From contig JASHTO010000348.1 of the NCBI GenBank assembly GCA_030040515.1, forward strand, positions 1-49,823: a stretch of DNA of 49,823 nucleotides, in the 5' to 3' direction. Numbering within the stretch: the stretch's first letter is position 1; the number at the start of each line of letters is the position of its first letter. Of the stretch, positions 8,954 to 17,244 are shown piece by piece. Source of the DNA: Terriglobia bacterium (GTDB lineage Bacteria; Acidobacteriota; Terriglobia; UBA7540). The translations under genes were made by a program, and so were the position numbers. The notes under the pieces are model-generated. The model worked only from the letters and a program-made list of their open reading frames with translations. It had not been told where the DNA came from and ran no database searches.

Positions 8954-9337
8954 ATGCGGGACAAAAAGATGCTGACTAAGACGTTGGTCCAAGCCGTGGG
9001 TCGGGCTCGGCGGTTTACGCTCCACCTTCGAGTCCTATACCGGGAGCTCGAAAGTCAGGATTGGCTGGAAGGGTGGACAGAAAACATCAGCCGGACGGGG
9101 ATGCTGTTCAAGTGCGAAGTCCCCCTCGCCGTCGATACGGTCGTGGAGTTGAAATTGCAGCTTGCCTCCGGGGGTGGAAAGGACGGTCATCCTGCCGAGG
9201 TTCTTTGCAAGGGCACCGTGGTGAGAGTGGAGCAAGTTGGAGGGTTGGACGCATCCACGGTCATGGCTGTGACGATCCACCCTTATCGCATTACGCGCGG
9301 AGGGTTGTCCTCAAAGAGCGTAATCCCATTTTCCTGA
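8954..9337 (+). CDS. Small PilZ-domain-like protein (paralog 1)
   Basis: 127 aa. 'GRARRFTLHLRVLY...GWTENISRTGMLF' carries the (D/N)xSxxG motif (NISRTG), but the arginine motif is RxxR rather than RxxxR. About 45% identical by eye to the 14109-14462 product. No obvious SD; an alternative ATG lies at 8969. Confidence 0.6.
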   Translation: MRDKKMLTKTLVQAVGRARRFTLHLRVLYRELESQDWLEGWTENISRTGMLFKCEVPLAVDTVVELKLQLASGGGKDGHPAEVLCKGTVVRVEQVGGLDASTVMAVTIHPYRITRGGLSSKSVIPFS

Positions 9338-9383
9338 AGAACGAAGGGGCAAGAGTTTGAATGGCAGTCCCAAGGAGAAACTA

Positions 9384-10007
9384 ATGCCGATCGAAGAAAC
9401 GGGGGCGGAAGGAACCTCCAGCGTGGTGAAAGTGAGCTGGCATGCCCTTTACACCCGCCACCAGCATGAAAGGCTGGTAGCCCATGCTTTGACCGGCAAA
9501 GGCTTTGATATATTCTTGCCGCAGTATCGCACGGTTCATCGTTGGAAGGACCGTTGGAAGGAACTCGAATTGCCCCTTTTCCCCAATTACGTTTTTGTCC
9601 TGGGCGGACTGGATCGTATGTTAAACATTCTGACGACGCCGGGCGTCCACTCCATGGTGTCCTGGGGAGGGCGACCGGCCGACATCCCGCAGCATGAAAT
9701 TGAGGCGGTACGCAGGCTGATTGAAAGCCCATTACGAGTTCAGAAGCACCCTTTTATCAAGTGCGGCGACAGGGTTCGGATAAAGTCGGGTCCCCTGGAA
9801 GGAATTGAAGGCATCCTGGTGCGCAGCAAAAGTGCCTACCGGCTGGTCCTTTCGGTCGAAATGCTGGCGCGGTCTGCAGCCGTCGAGGTAGATGTTAACA
9901 TGGTCGAGCGGGTGGGCGGGGCCGAAGCGTTTCGAAAGGATAGGTTGAAGGCAGACACGGCAAGTCAGAGCTCGCAGCCAATTCGCATACCTGAATTTCA
10001 GCCTTAA
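9384..10007 (+). CDS. NusG-paralog transcription antiterminator (UpxY/RfaH-like, NGN + KOW)
   Basis: ATG 9384 lies 5 nt after AAGGAG (the track ORF begins at TTG 9357). 'WHALYTRHQHERLVAHALTGKGFDIFLPQY...LFPNYVFV' (NGN domain). 'GDRVRIKSGPLEGIEGILV' (KOW domain). Sits at the head of a polysaccharide operon. Confidence 0.8.
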   Translation: MPIEETGAEGTSSVVKVSWHALYTRHQHERLVAHALTGKGFDIFLPQYRTVHRWKDRWKELELPLFPNYVFVLGGLDRMLNILTTPGVHSMVSWGGRPADIPQHEIEAVRRLIESPLRVQKHPFIKCGDRVRIKSGPLEGIEGILVRSKSAYRLVLSVEMLARSAAVEVDVNMVERVGGAEAFRKDRLKADTASQSSQPIRIPEFQP

Positions 10008-10077
10008 ACAGCAAGAGGAAAACAACTCGGGAATTCAATTGACTTTATAAAGGGATATTCACGAAGGGCTCTAAGAG

Positions 10078-10797
10078 ATGAAATTCGATCACATGGATCT
10101 ACGAAAAAGTATCCTGCGGGACGCGGGAGCCAGCCATCGCCTGATCCGAGCCAGATTCTGGGCGGGGCTGACGGTCGCAATGATCTTGATTCTGGGACTG
10201 CGATCCGGAAAGGCAAGGGAATTGCCTCGCATCCAAGGTGTGCCTAAAGTTGCGGCAACAGGGCAGAACGCGCCGGCGGATGCCGGCGTGCCACAGTCCA
10301 AGTCGAAGGAGGCGGCCTACCTTATCGGACCGTCCGATGTCCTGGCGATCAGCGTGTGGAAGGATAATGAGCTCACTCGAACGATTCCAGTGCGCCCGGA
10401 TGGAAAGATCACTCTGCCCTTGATTGGGGATCTAGCCGTGAGCGGATTGACGGCAGAGGCTGCACAGCAGCTCATTGCACAAAAATTGAAGGAGTTTATT
10501 TCCGATCCGCAAGTTACCGTGATCGTGCAGGAAGTCAAAAGCAGAACTTACAGCATTTTGGGCAAAGTCGCCAAGCCCGGGGCCTACCCCTTGGGGAAAC
10601 CCACGACAATTATTGAAGCCATAGCAATTGCCGGCGGCTTCCAGGATTTCGCCCGGGAGAATAAGATTTACATCTTGCGACCCAAGAGTGACGGTTCGGA
10701 TCAGACGGTTCCGTTCGATTACAAGAAGGCCATCCGGCGGCACAATCCCGAAGAGAATATCGAGCTCCAGAGCGGCGATACAGTCATCGTTCCTTAA
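10078..10797 (+). CDS. Polysaccharide export protein, Wza/Poly_export + SLBB type
   Basis: 239 aa. 'IGPSDVLAISVWKDNELTRTIPVRPDGKITLPLIGDLAVSGLTAEAAQQLIAQKL' is the classic Poly_export motif. The SLBB-like C-terminus ends 'LQSGDTVIVP'. Confidence 0.85.
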   Translation: MKFDHMDLRKSILRDAGASHRLIRARFWAGLTVAMILILGLRSGKARELPRIQGVPKVAATGQNAPADAGVPQSKSKEAAYLIGPSDVLAISVWKDNELTRTIPVRPDGKITLPLIGDLAVSGLTAEAAQQLIAQKLKEFISDPQVTVIVQEVKSRTYSILGKVAKPGAYPLGKPTTIIEAIAIAGGFQDFARENKIYILRPKSDGSDQTVPFDYKKAIRRHNPEENIELQSGDTVIVP

Positions 10798-10821
10798 GAA
10801 TGATTCAGGAGGTCGAAATCC

Positions 10822-12432
10822 GTGGTGGAACAAGAAGAAAACCTTGATGAAATGATCAGTAAGGGGCTGCGCGCCGCGGCGAAACACCGCTGGTGTCTGT
10901 TGTTGCCTACGATTCTGGGAGGGCTCGTGGCATGCGGGGTTTCGCGAGTGCTTCCCAATCGTTACGAGTCCGAGGCCACGATTCTTGTGGAGCACCAACA
11001 GGTGCCCGAACGATATGTAACACCCAACACCACCGCGGATATGCGCGAGACCGTGCTGATCACCACCGACGCCATCCTTTCACGCACCCAGTTGCTGAAA
11101 ATCATTGATGAATATAATCTTTATCCAAATGAGCGGAAGCGGCTCTCTCCCGAGGAATTGGGCTCTCTCATGCGCGGTAAGATCGCCATAAAACCCTTGG
11201 ATGAGTTAGGGGGCACCAAGTCGCTCGAGGAATTCAAGATTTCCTATATGGGCACCAGTCCTCTCATGGCTCAGGAGGTCACTCGCAAACTTACAACACT
11301 TTTCATTCAAGAGAACGACCGGTGGCAGGGAGACCAGGATCGGGTCACAACGCAGTTCCTGGAACAGCAGGTTGAAGCCGCTGCCGCTGAGTTGAAGAAA
11401 ATGGAAGACCAGGTTCGGGAATTCAAGATGAATAATCTTGGCGCCTTGCCTGAGCAACAGCAGGGAAACCTGGGCATTCTTACCGGATACCAGATGCAGC
11501 TTCAAAATACCCAAGCGGCGCTTGGCCGGGCAAAGGAGCAGCAGGTTTATATCGAATCTCTGCTGGCGCAATACCAGCAATTGGGCGCCGAGGAGGTTCC
11601 CGCGCCGGGTGCGGGGGGTACAGTTACGGCGGATCCTGTCCAGACGATCAAAGCGAAGTTGGCCGACCTGAGGAGCCAAAGGGCCACCTTGCTGGCGGAC
11701 CACACGGAAAAATATCCTGACGTCGTCAGGATTGAAGAAGAGATCAAGGAATCAGAGGCCTTGTTGGCGGCCGCCCTAAAGAAAACTCCCGGGCCTTCCA
11801 CGGATGGCGCCGGCAAGGAATCCGCTGAGACGGCAGATTCCTCCGCGAACAATGCTGCCATGGCCCAATTGAAGAGCCAACTCCAGGCAAACCAACTCGA
11901 AATCCAAAACAATGAGACGCTGGAAAAACAACTACAAGGACAAATTGCCGAGTATCGGAATCGCCTCAACCTGACTCCGGTTCGCGAGCAGCAACTCGCC
12001 GAGTTAAATCGGAATTATGAACTGACCAAGAAAAACTACGATGATCTGCTGACCAGAAAGCAGGCGTCGGAATTGGCCACGGACCTTGACCAGCGGCAGC
12101 AGGGCCAGCGATTCCGCACCATCGACCAGCCCAGTCTGCCCATGAAACCCGCCTGGCCGAACCATATGGCCATCGCCTTGGGCGGTTTGGGGGCGGGCCT
12201 GGCCTTGGGCATCGCATTGGTTTTCATTCTATACTTCCAGGATCACTCCGTGATGAATGAGAAGGAGTTGGGTCGCTTCTTTTCTTTTCCTTTATTGATA
12301 GGCGTTCCGTCTCTTCCTACAAGGGCCGACGTCCGAAGGCGTTCTCGGATGCATGTGGTAGAGTGGGTGCTAGGTTTCGCCTTGTTTGTGGTCGTCTGCG
12401 CATCCGAGTACTTTGTATATCGTCGGGGCTAG
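10822..12432 (+). CDS. Polysaccharide chain-length determinant (Wzz/GumC-type, kinase-less half of a split Wzc)
   Basis: 536 aa. AGGAGG lies 8 nt upstream of GTG 10822. N-terminal TM helix plus 'NRYESEATILVE'. Long coiled-coil middle region and a C-terminal TM helix (AIALGGLGAGLALGIALVFILYF). Confidence 0.8.
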   Translation: MVEQEENLDEMISKGLRAAAKHRWCLLLPTILGGLVACGVSRVLPNRYESEATILVEHQQVPERYVTPNTTADMRETVLITTDAILSRTQLLKIIDEYNLYPNERKRLSPEELGSLMRGKIAIKPLDELGGTKSLEEFKISYMGTSPLMAQEVTRKLTTLFIQENDRWQGDQDRVTTQFLEQQVEAAAAELKKMEDQVREFKMNNLGALPEQQQGNLGILTGYQMQLQNTQAALGRAKEQQVYIESLLAQYQQLGAEEVPAPGAGGTVTADPVQTIKAKLADLRSQRATLLADHTEKYPDVVRIEEEIKESEALLAAALKKTPGPSTDGAGKESAETADSSANNAAMAQLKSQLQANQLEIQNNETLEKQLQGQIAEYRNRLNLTPVREQQLAELNRNYELTKKNYDDLLTRKQASELATDLDQRQQGQRFRTIDQPSLPMKPAWPNHMAIALGGLGAGLALGIALVFILYFQDHSVMNEKELGRFFSFPLLIGVPSLPTRADVRRRSRMHVVEWVLGFALFVVVCASEYFVYRRG

Positions 12433-12492
12433 GAGAGCGAATGAACTTCCCTCGAAGAAGCGCCGAGTCGAATGTGAAAGGATGCTGATCTC

Positions 12493-13326
12493 GTGCATAA
12501 TCGCACTCTCAAAGCCGAATCAGAAAAGGACGAAATCCTTGAGACAACTTCGGATGAGTTTTTGAAGGGATTGGAAAGAGCAGACAGTGATTTGCCTTTC
12601 CCAGTGGAAACCATTTCTGTCCCTGAAGAAAGCCGCTTGGTTATCCAAACCGAACCCCGAAGCGCGGGTGCGGATCGATTCAGATTGGTGCAGATGCGCC
12701 TTCGCCATCTGCAAGCTTCCAAAAAGCTGAGAACCCTCCTGATTACAAGTCCTCTGCCTGGCGATGGCAAGAGCACCGTGTCTTTGAATCTGGCTGCTGC
12801 CTTGGCCGAAAAGGGGAAAAGGCCCGTCCTCTTGCTGGAAGCCGATGTCTACCGGCCTTCATTGTTGAAGAAACTGGGTCTTAGCCCCTGGGCAGGTTTG
12901 ACCGAATGTCTGGATAACAAAAGCGACCCCATGCTGGCTATTCGGCGGGTAGATCCCATGGGGTTTTACATTTTGCCCGCCGGGAGCCCGACGCTGGGGG
13001 GTAACTTCCTCCAATCTACCCTCACCCCCCAATTTTTTGAGGGTTTGGCAACGACTTTTAAGTGGATTATCGTCGATTCTCCCCCCACCACCCCCATGGC
13101 TGAAATCCTGGCGCTGAAAGTCCTGACCGATGCCACGTTGCTGGTGGTTCGGGCCGGCGGTACCCCTCGTGAGGCGATCGAGACGGCGACTCAGACCCTG
13201 GGTCGGGAACACATTATTGGGATCGTACTCAACGACGTCGAAGGGCTCGAGAAAGTCTATTCGAAATACTATGGGTACACGCAACCTGCCCACGGCCCCA
13301 AAGGTGCAAAGTCTATTCGAAAGTAG
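12493..13326 (+). CDS. BY-kinase-type tyrosine autokinase / P-loop ATPase (CpsD/CapB-like)
   Basis: Walker A 'PLPGDGKST', A' 'VLLLEADVYRP', Walker B 'WIIVDSPP'. Tyr-rich tail 'KVYSKYYGYTQ'. Confidence 0.85.
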   Translation: MHNRTLKAESEKDEILETTSDEFLKGLERADSDLPFPVETISVPEESRLVIQTEPRSAGADRFRLVQMRLRHLQASKKLRTLLITSPLPGDGKSTVSLNLAAALAEKGKRPVLLLEADVYRPSLLKKLGLSPWAGLTECLDNKSDPMLAIRRVDPMGFYILPAGSPTLGGNFLQSTLTPQFFEGLATTFKWIIVDSPPTTPMAEILALKVLTDATLLVVRAGGTPREAIETATQTLGREHIIGIVLNDVEGLEKVYSKYYGYTQPAHGPKGAKSIRK

Positions 13327-13555
13327 CCGCCTGAAAACTTTTAATGCCGATTGGAATTGCTTCTTGCTTAAAAATCAATTGTTTGGGACCCTGGCAAAAT
13401 CTTAAGATTTCCCCCAGCTTTGCTTTCATAATGAGCGGTTGCAACAGGCGGCGTGCCACGACAGCCGAGTGCCATAGGTTGCAGATAGCAGCTTTACTTC
13501 TTTGCTACCTGAACTCCTAATCTGATGTAAACATGGCATTTTAGTGCCAGGCAAG

Positions 13556-13645
13556 CACGGGCCATTAGTACCATTTCACCCCAACTATCGGGCTATTGTC
13601 AGATTTCCTTAATACCCTAAACTGGTTGTGCGCCCCAGTGGTCCG
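13556..13645 (+). promoter_or_regulatory. Conserved intergenic box 1, copy B: sigma70-like promoter candidate (TTGTCA-N16-TAAACT)
   Basis: Same register and same 16-nt core as copy A. -35 at 13596-13601 and -10 at 13618-13623. Lies in the 782-nt non-coding gap 13327-14108. Confidence 0.5.
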
Positions 13646-13888
13646 CAGATCTGCTCGAAAAGTCATGCGGCGGGTTGCCGGAAGAGAAGTGGGTGGTCAG
13701 TAATTTACCCACCAGAAAGTGTACTCAGTTCAGGATTGGCGCGAATGATGGCGAATGCGAAAAGCAAGGGTATCGTAAAGAGTGAAAGGCGTGCGCAACC
13801 CTTGCATTCCTTTTTGGCAAGTGGAGTATCAATCCTAAGGGTCGCTCTTCGCTCAAACTTAAGTTAAGGCCTACAGATCAAGTGTTTC

Positions 13889-13915
13889 TGTAAGTCAAAG
13901 GGCGGAGCTGTATCT
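13889..13915 (+). promoter_or_regulatory. Conserved box 2, copy B (27 nt): ops-like element or second promoter
   Basis: TGTAAGTCAAAGGGCGGAGCTGTATCT, 193 nt before the second PilZ-like start codon. Also reads as CTGTAA-N17-TATCTT. Confidence 0.4.
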
Positions 13916-14108
13916 TTCTGCCTGCACCATCTTCCGATTGAGAAGTCTTCGCCCTTGTCTTAACGAGTCGATTTCAAGAGGGCCTGCAATTGCGATTTAA
14001 AGCATCACCCCGAACTTCCCCTGAGCGTTGCGTACTAAATCAGACCAAATAGCCAAGAGAAGGAGACGCGGAATTCCGGAAGTTGAATAATCATCCGCGA
14101 TTTGAGCC

Positions 14109-14462
14109 ATGACTGATCCCCGCCCCAACGTAGTCATGAAAGGAACTCCCAGAGCTGAGCGCTTTCCGATCAGCATTCCGGTACGCTATCGCGAACCGAA
14201 CCGCTCCGAGTGGCTCCAGGGTAAGACCGAGAACATTAGTCGGTCGGGAGTTTTATTGCTCACGGAAGCCTCATTAGAGCCAAAGATTGCAATCGAATTG
14301 AGGTTTGAACTTCCTATTTCTGTCCTCGGAGAGGGGCGCGGGCAGATTGTTTGCAAGGGAACGGTGGTCCGTGCGGAGGAGAATCCCCTCTTGGACCCAC
14401 CGACTACCCTGGCGATTGCAATTCGCAGTTATCGTATGACGCGCGGAGGGCAGGTTCATTAG
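14109..14462 (+). CDS. Small PilZ-domain-like protein (paralog 2)
   Basis: 117 aa. 'PRAERFPISIPVRY...GKTENISRSGVLL...IVCKGTVVRAEE...YRMTRGG' parallels paralog 1 block for block. Confidence 0.6.
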   Translation: MTDPRPNVVMKGTPRAERFPISIPVRYREPNRSEWLQGKTENISRSGVLLLTEASLEPKIAIELRFELPISVLGEGRGQIVCKGTVVRAEENPLLDPPTTLAIAIRSYRMTRGGQVH

Positions 14463-14486
14463 CCCAAAGAAGGGGAACACCACTTC

Positions 14487-15875
14487 ATGCAGCAAAGTGG
14501 GAAACAAGAGGGTGGGCGGAATGCGGTTTCGTGGAGAGGCCAGTTGAACAAGCTCATTCCGCTTGCCATTTTCATCACCTTGACACCTTTGACCATTCAC
14601 GCCCAAGTTTCTTCTTCCGGACTGTCGGCCTTGGCGTCTCCTGTGGCCATCGGCAATGGGTTGCAGGCTCCGTTGCGATTTTCGAATGAGGCTGTCCCAA
14701 CCAACCAGGTCTCGGTGAGCATGGGCGCCTCAATGATCTACAACGATAACGTCTTCGATGAAAATTCGGATCGGGTTGCAGACGAGGCCGCTTCCATTAC
14801 TTCCCACTTTGCTTTCCTGCGGCAAACTCGGAACGTATCTTTCAATTTCAATTACTCGCCCAGCTTTTTTCTCTACAAGAACACGACCCAATATGACCGC
14901 CTCAATCATATGGGCAACCTGGACCTTGAGTACAGGTTCAGCCCCCGATGGGTACTCACCTTGGACGATGGGATCAGCTATCAAAATGGCATCTTCCAAT
15001 CCCTGGTGGGGCAGCAAATTTCCTCGGGGCTGGGATCCCCTACCGGCCTGAATCAGTCCGTCTTTCCGTATACGGACAGAACGCTTACGAATACGAGTGG
15101 GTTCGACCTGATCTTTGTGAAGAGCCATCGAACATCCATAGCACTGACGGGTGGGTACAATGTGCTCCAATTCGGAAGCAGCCAGATCGCGGGCGAGCCG
15201 TTGTATAACGGCCGCTCTGCAAGCGGCGGGATTCAATATCAATATCACATCACCGAGCACACGAGTTTCGGGATTTCCGTCCTTCATGAGGATTCTACGT
15301 ACAAAGGGGGTGACGCCATTGGCAGCCTCGAACGATATCAAACCGAAAGCGCTCTCATTGCCCTTCAGTCGCACTTTACCCCGAGCGTGACGGTGTCGTT
15401 TTTCGGCGGACCGCAATACATAACCACCTTTGGTGAGTCGGCGGGCGTAAGCGCAACGGAACACTTTCAAGGAGCAGGCGGGGGAAGCATCACCAAGGAA
15501 GTCAGAAAAACGGCTTTCGATATTACTTTAGAAAGAAGGGTCTCTGACAGCGGGGGCATCTACGGGCAAGTGGAATACACGTCGGCGACCTTAGGAGTCC
15601 GTCGACACCTCGTGGGGCATTGGGAAGCTGATTTCCGCAATGGCGCCACCCGGATCGACACGCTGTATTCGCAGTTGGGAACAGGGCGGACGGATGGTTT
15701 GCTGGGTAGTTTTGAACTCGTGCGCCCCTTCGCAAATGGTGCGACCTTCCGCGTTTCATACCAAAATGGCCATCAACTCAGTTCAGGAACATTGCCCATT
15801 GCGGAAAAATACGACTTGAATTTGGTGACGTTAGCAATTGACTTCCGGCTGAAGTCCATTCCGATTGGCCATTAG
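14487..15875 (+). CDS. Putative outer-membrane beta-barrel protein of the EPS export apparatus
   Basis: 462 aa with a signal peptide (LIPLAIFITLTPLTIHAQ). Alternating hydrophobic/polar beta-strand pattern throughout, rich in Y, G, S, T, N. No enzymatic motifs. Confidence 0.45.
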   Translation: MQQSGKQEGGRNAVSWRGQLNKLIPLAIFITLTPLTIHAQVSSSGLSALASPVAIGNGLQAPLRFSNEAVPTNQVSVSMGASMIYNDNVFDENSDRVADEAASITSHFAFLRQTRNVSFNFNYSPSFFLYKNTTQYDRLNHMGNLDLEYRFSPRWVLTLDDGISYQNGIFQSLVGQQISSGLGSPTGLNQSVFPYTDRTLTNTSGFDLIFVKSHRTSIALTGGYNVLQFGSSQIAGEPLYNGRSASGGIQYQYHITEHTSFGISVLHEDSTYKGGDAIGSLERYQTESALIALQSHFTPSVTVSFFGGPQYITTFGESAGVSATEHFQGAGGGSITKEVRKTAFDITLERRVSDSGGIYGQVEYTSATLGVRRHLVGHWEADFRNGATRIDTLYSQLGTGRTDGLLGSFELVRPFANGATFRVSYQNGHQLSSGTLPIAEKYDLNLVTLAIDFRLKSIPIGH

Positions 15876-16012
15876 ACAGGCGACTTCAGACTCCCCATCA
15901 CTGCCGAACAGCAATTCGAAAAAAGCCCGGTGCAATTCTTCATATCCTCTTAATCAAGGTTTTTGGGTTTTAGGTCATTTTACTTTACCCCAGGTGAATC
16001 AGGAGAGACGAG

Positions 16013-17200
16013 ATGATTGCTGACATTTTTCAATCGAAGAAACCGTGGAAAAGAATCACGGGCAACGGGATGGCCTTTGGTCCCCAAGTCAGGGCAGAAT
16101 CCGACAGCGAGGATGCGGGATTTTCACTCGTGTCGGAGGATCTGTTCCGGAGAGTGCTCACCATTGAGCGCAAACGGAGTGAGCGGTCCCGGCAGAGGTT
16201 TGTGCTCATGCTGCTCCATGTGGGCAAGGTCATCGACACGGGGCGGGGGAGAGTGATCCTGGAAGGAATTACGGAGGCACTTTCCAACTCGGCGCGGGAG
16301 ACGGATTTGCATGGCTGGTATGAGGACGGATCCGTCATCGGAGTCATTTGCACGGAAATCGGCAGGGGCGATCTGGCTTCGATCCTGAGTGCCTTAAACT
16401 CCCGGATGAGGGCTGCCTTGCAGACCTGCTTGCAGCTTGAGCAGATTGAATCGATCCATATTACTTTCCACGTCTTTCCCGATGACATGGAAGTTGGCAA
16501 GGGTGGCCGTTCAACCGACATCAGCCTTTACCCTGACCTCCTGACCAAGGACCAGGCTTCCTCGACTTATCGCTTGATCAAGAGAGCCATCGATGTGGTC
16601 GGCAGCTTTCTTGCCCTGATTATCCTCTCTCCTCTTTTTGCGGTCATTGCCATTGCCATCCGGCTGACCTCAAAGGGGCCGATCTTGTTCAAACAGGACC
16701 GTGTCGGTCAGTACGGTGAACCCTTTTCCTTCCTCAAGTTCCGGTCGATGTATTTCCAGAACGACGCGAGGATTCATCGGGACTATGTTCGCCGCCTCAT
16801 TTCCGGGAAGGGAGTGACGAAAGGGGATGAAAAGAATGCACCGGTCTACAAGTTAAAGGATGATCCCCGGATCACACCGGTGGGAAGATTTCTGCGCAAG
16901 ACCAGTCTGGATGAACTGCCGCAATTCTTCAACGTCCTCAGAGGAGAGATGTCGCTGGTGGGGCCACGTCCCCCCATTCCTTATGAGGTCGAGGTCTACG
17001 AAATATGGCATCGGCGGCGCTTCCTCGAAGCGAAACCTGGAATTACCGGGTTGTGGCAGGTGGAGGGTCGCAGCAGGACCAAATTCGACGAGATGGTTCG
17101 TTTGGACCTGCGCTATGTCAAGACCTGGTCGCCGTGGTTGGACATCAAAATCCTCTTGCGAACCCCTGCCGCCGTGCTGAAGGGAAATGGAGCCTATTGA
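16013..17200 (+). CDS. Priming phosphoglycosyl transferase (Bac_transf/WbaP-PglC type) with an N-terminal degenerate GGDEF-like domain
   Basis: C-terminal '[18 protein letters not shown]...[25 protein letters not shown]...[37 protein letters not shown]'. The N-terminal ~190 aa is cytoplasmic and GGDEF-like (see findings). Alternative start at 16070. Confidence 0.85.
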   Translation: MIADIFQSKKPWKRITGNGMAFGPQVRAESDSEDAGFSLVSEDLFRRVLTIERKRSERSRQRFVLMLLHVGKVIDTGRGRVILEGITEALSNSARETDLHGWYEDGSVIGVICTEIGRGDLASILSALNSRMRAALQTCLQLEQIESIHITFHVFPDDMEVGKGGRSTDISLYPDLLTKDQASSTYRLIKRAIDVVGSFLALIILSPLFAVIAIAIRLTSKGPILFKQDRVGQYGEPFSFLKFRSMYFQNDARIHRDYVRRLISGKGVTKGDEKNAPVYKLKDDPRITPVGRFLRKTSLDELPQFFNVLRGEMSLVGPRPPIPYEVEVYEIWHRRRFLEAKPGITGLWQVEGRSRTKFDEMVRLDLRYVKTWSPWLDIKILLRTPAAVLKGNGAY

Positions 17201-17244
17201 GCTTTGGCAAGGTGACCTCGGGATTTGAGGTCAAAGGAGAGACC

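Noticed and set aside
10039-10062. TTGACT...TATAAA promoter-like words between the NusG-like and Wza genes
   Set aside because: The spacing between the -35-like and -10-like words is wrong (adjacent rather than about 17 nt), so it is probably just AT-rich spacer.
13534-13547. Sigma-54-like TGGCAT-N5-TGC just upstream of box 1 copy B
   Set aside because: GG-to-GC spacing is 9 nt instead of the required 10. The motif is absent at the equivalent position of copy A (8554-8575).
13628-13867. 79-aa ORF inside leader B
   Set aside because: No RBS and no counterpart in leader A despite the paralogy. The composition does not look protein-like.
17005-17244. N-terminal extensions of track ORFs 17005-18246 and 18395-19999 (and similarly 22886, 24822, 25906, 34276, 39706, 41956, 33228)
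   Set aside because: The extensions overlap the preceding genes and lack family-consistent sequence. Internal starts with good RBSs give canonical N-termini (for example MVRIGIIGYG, MQSNRIPFLD, MRVLITGATG).
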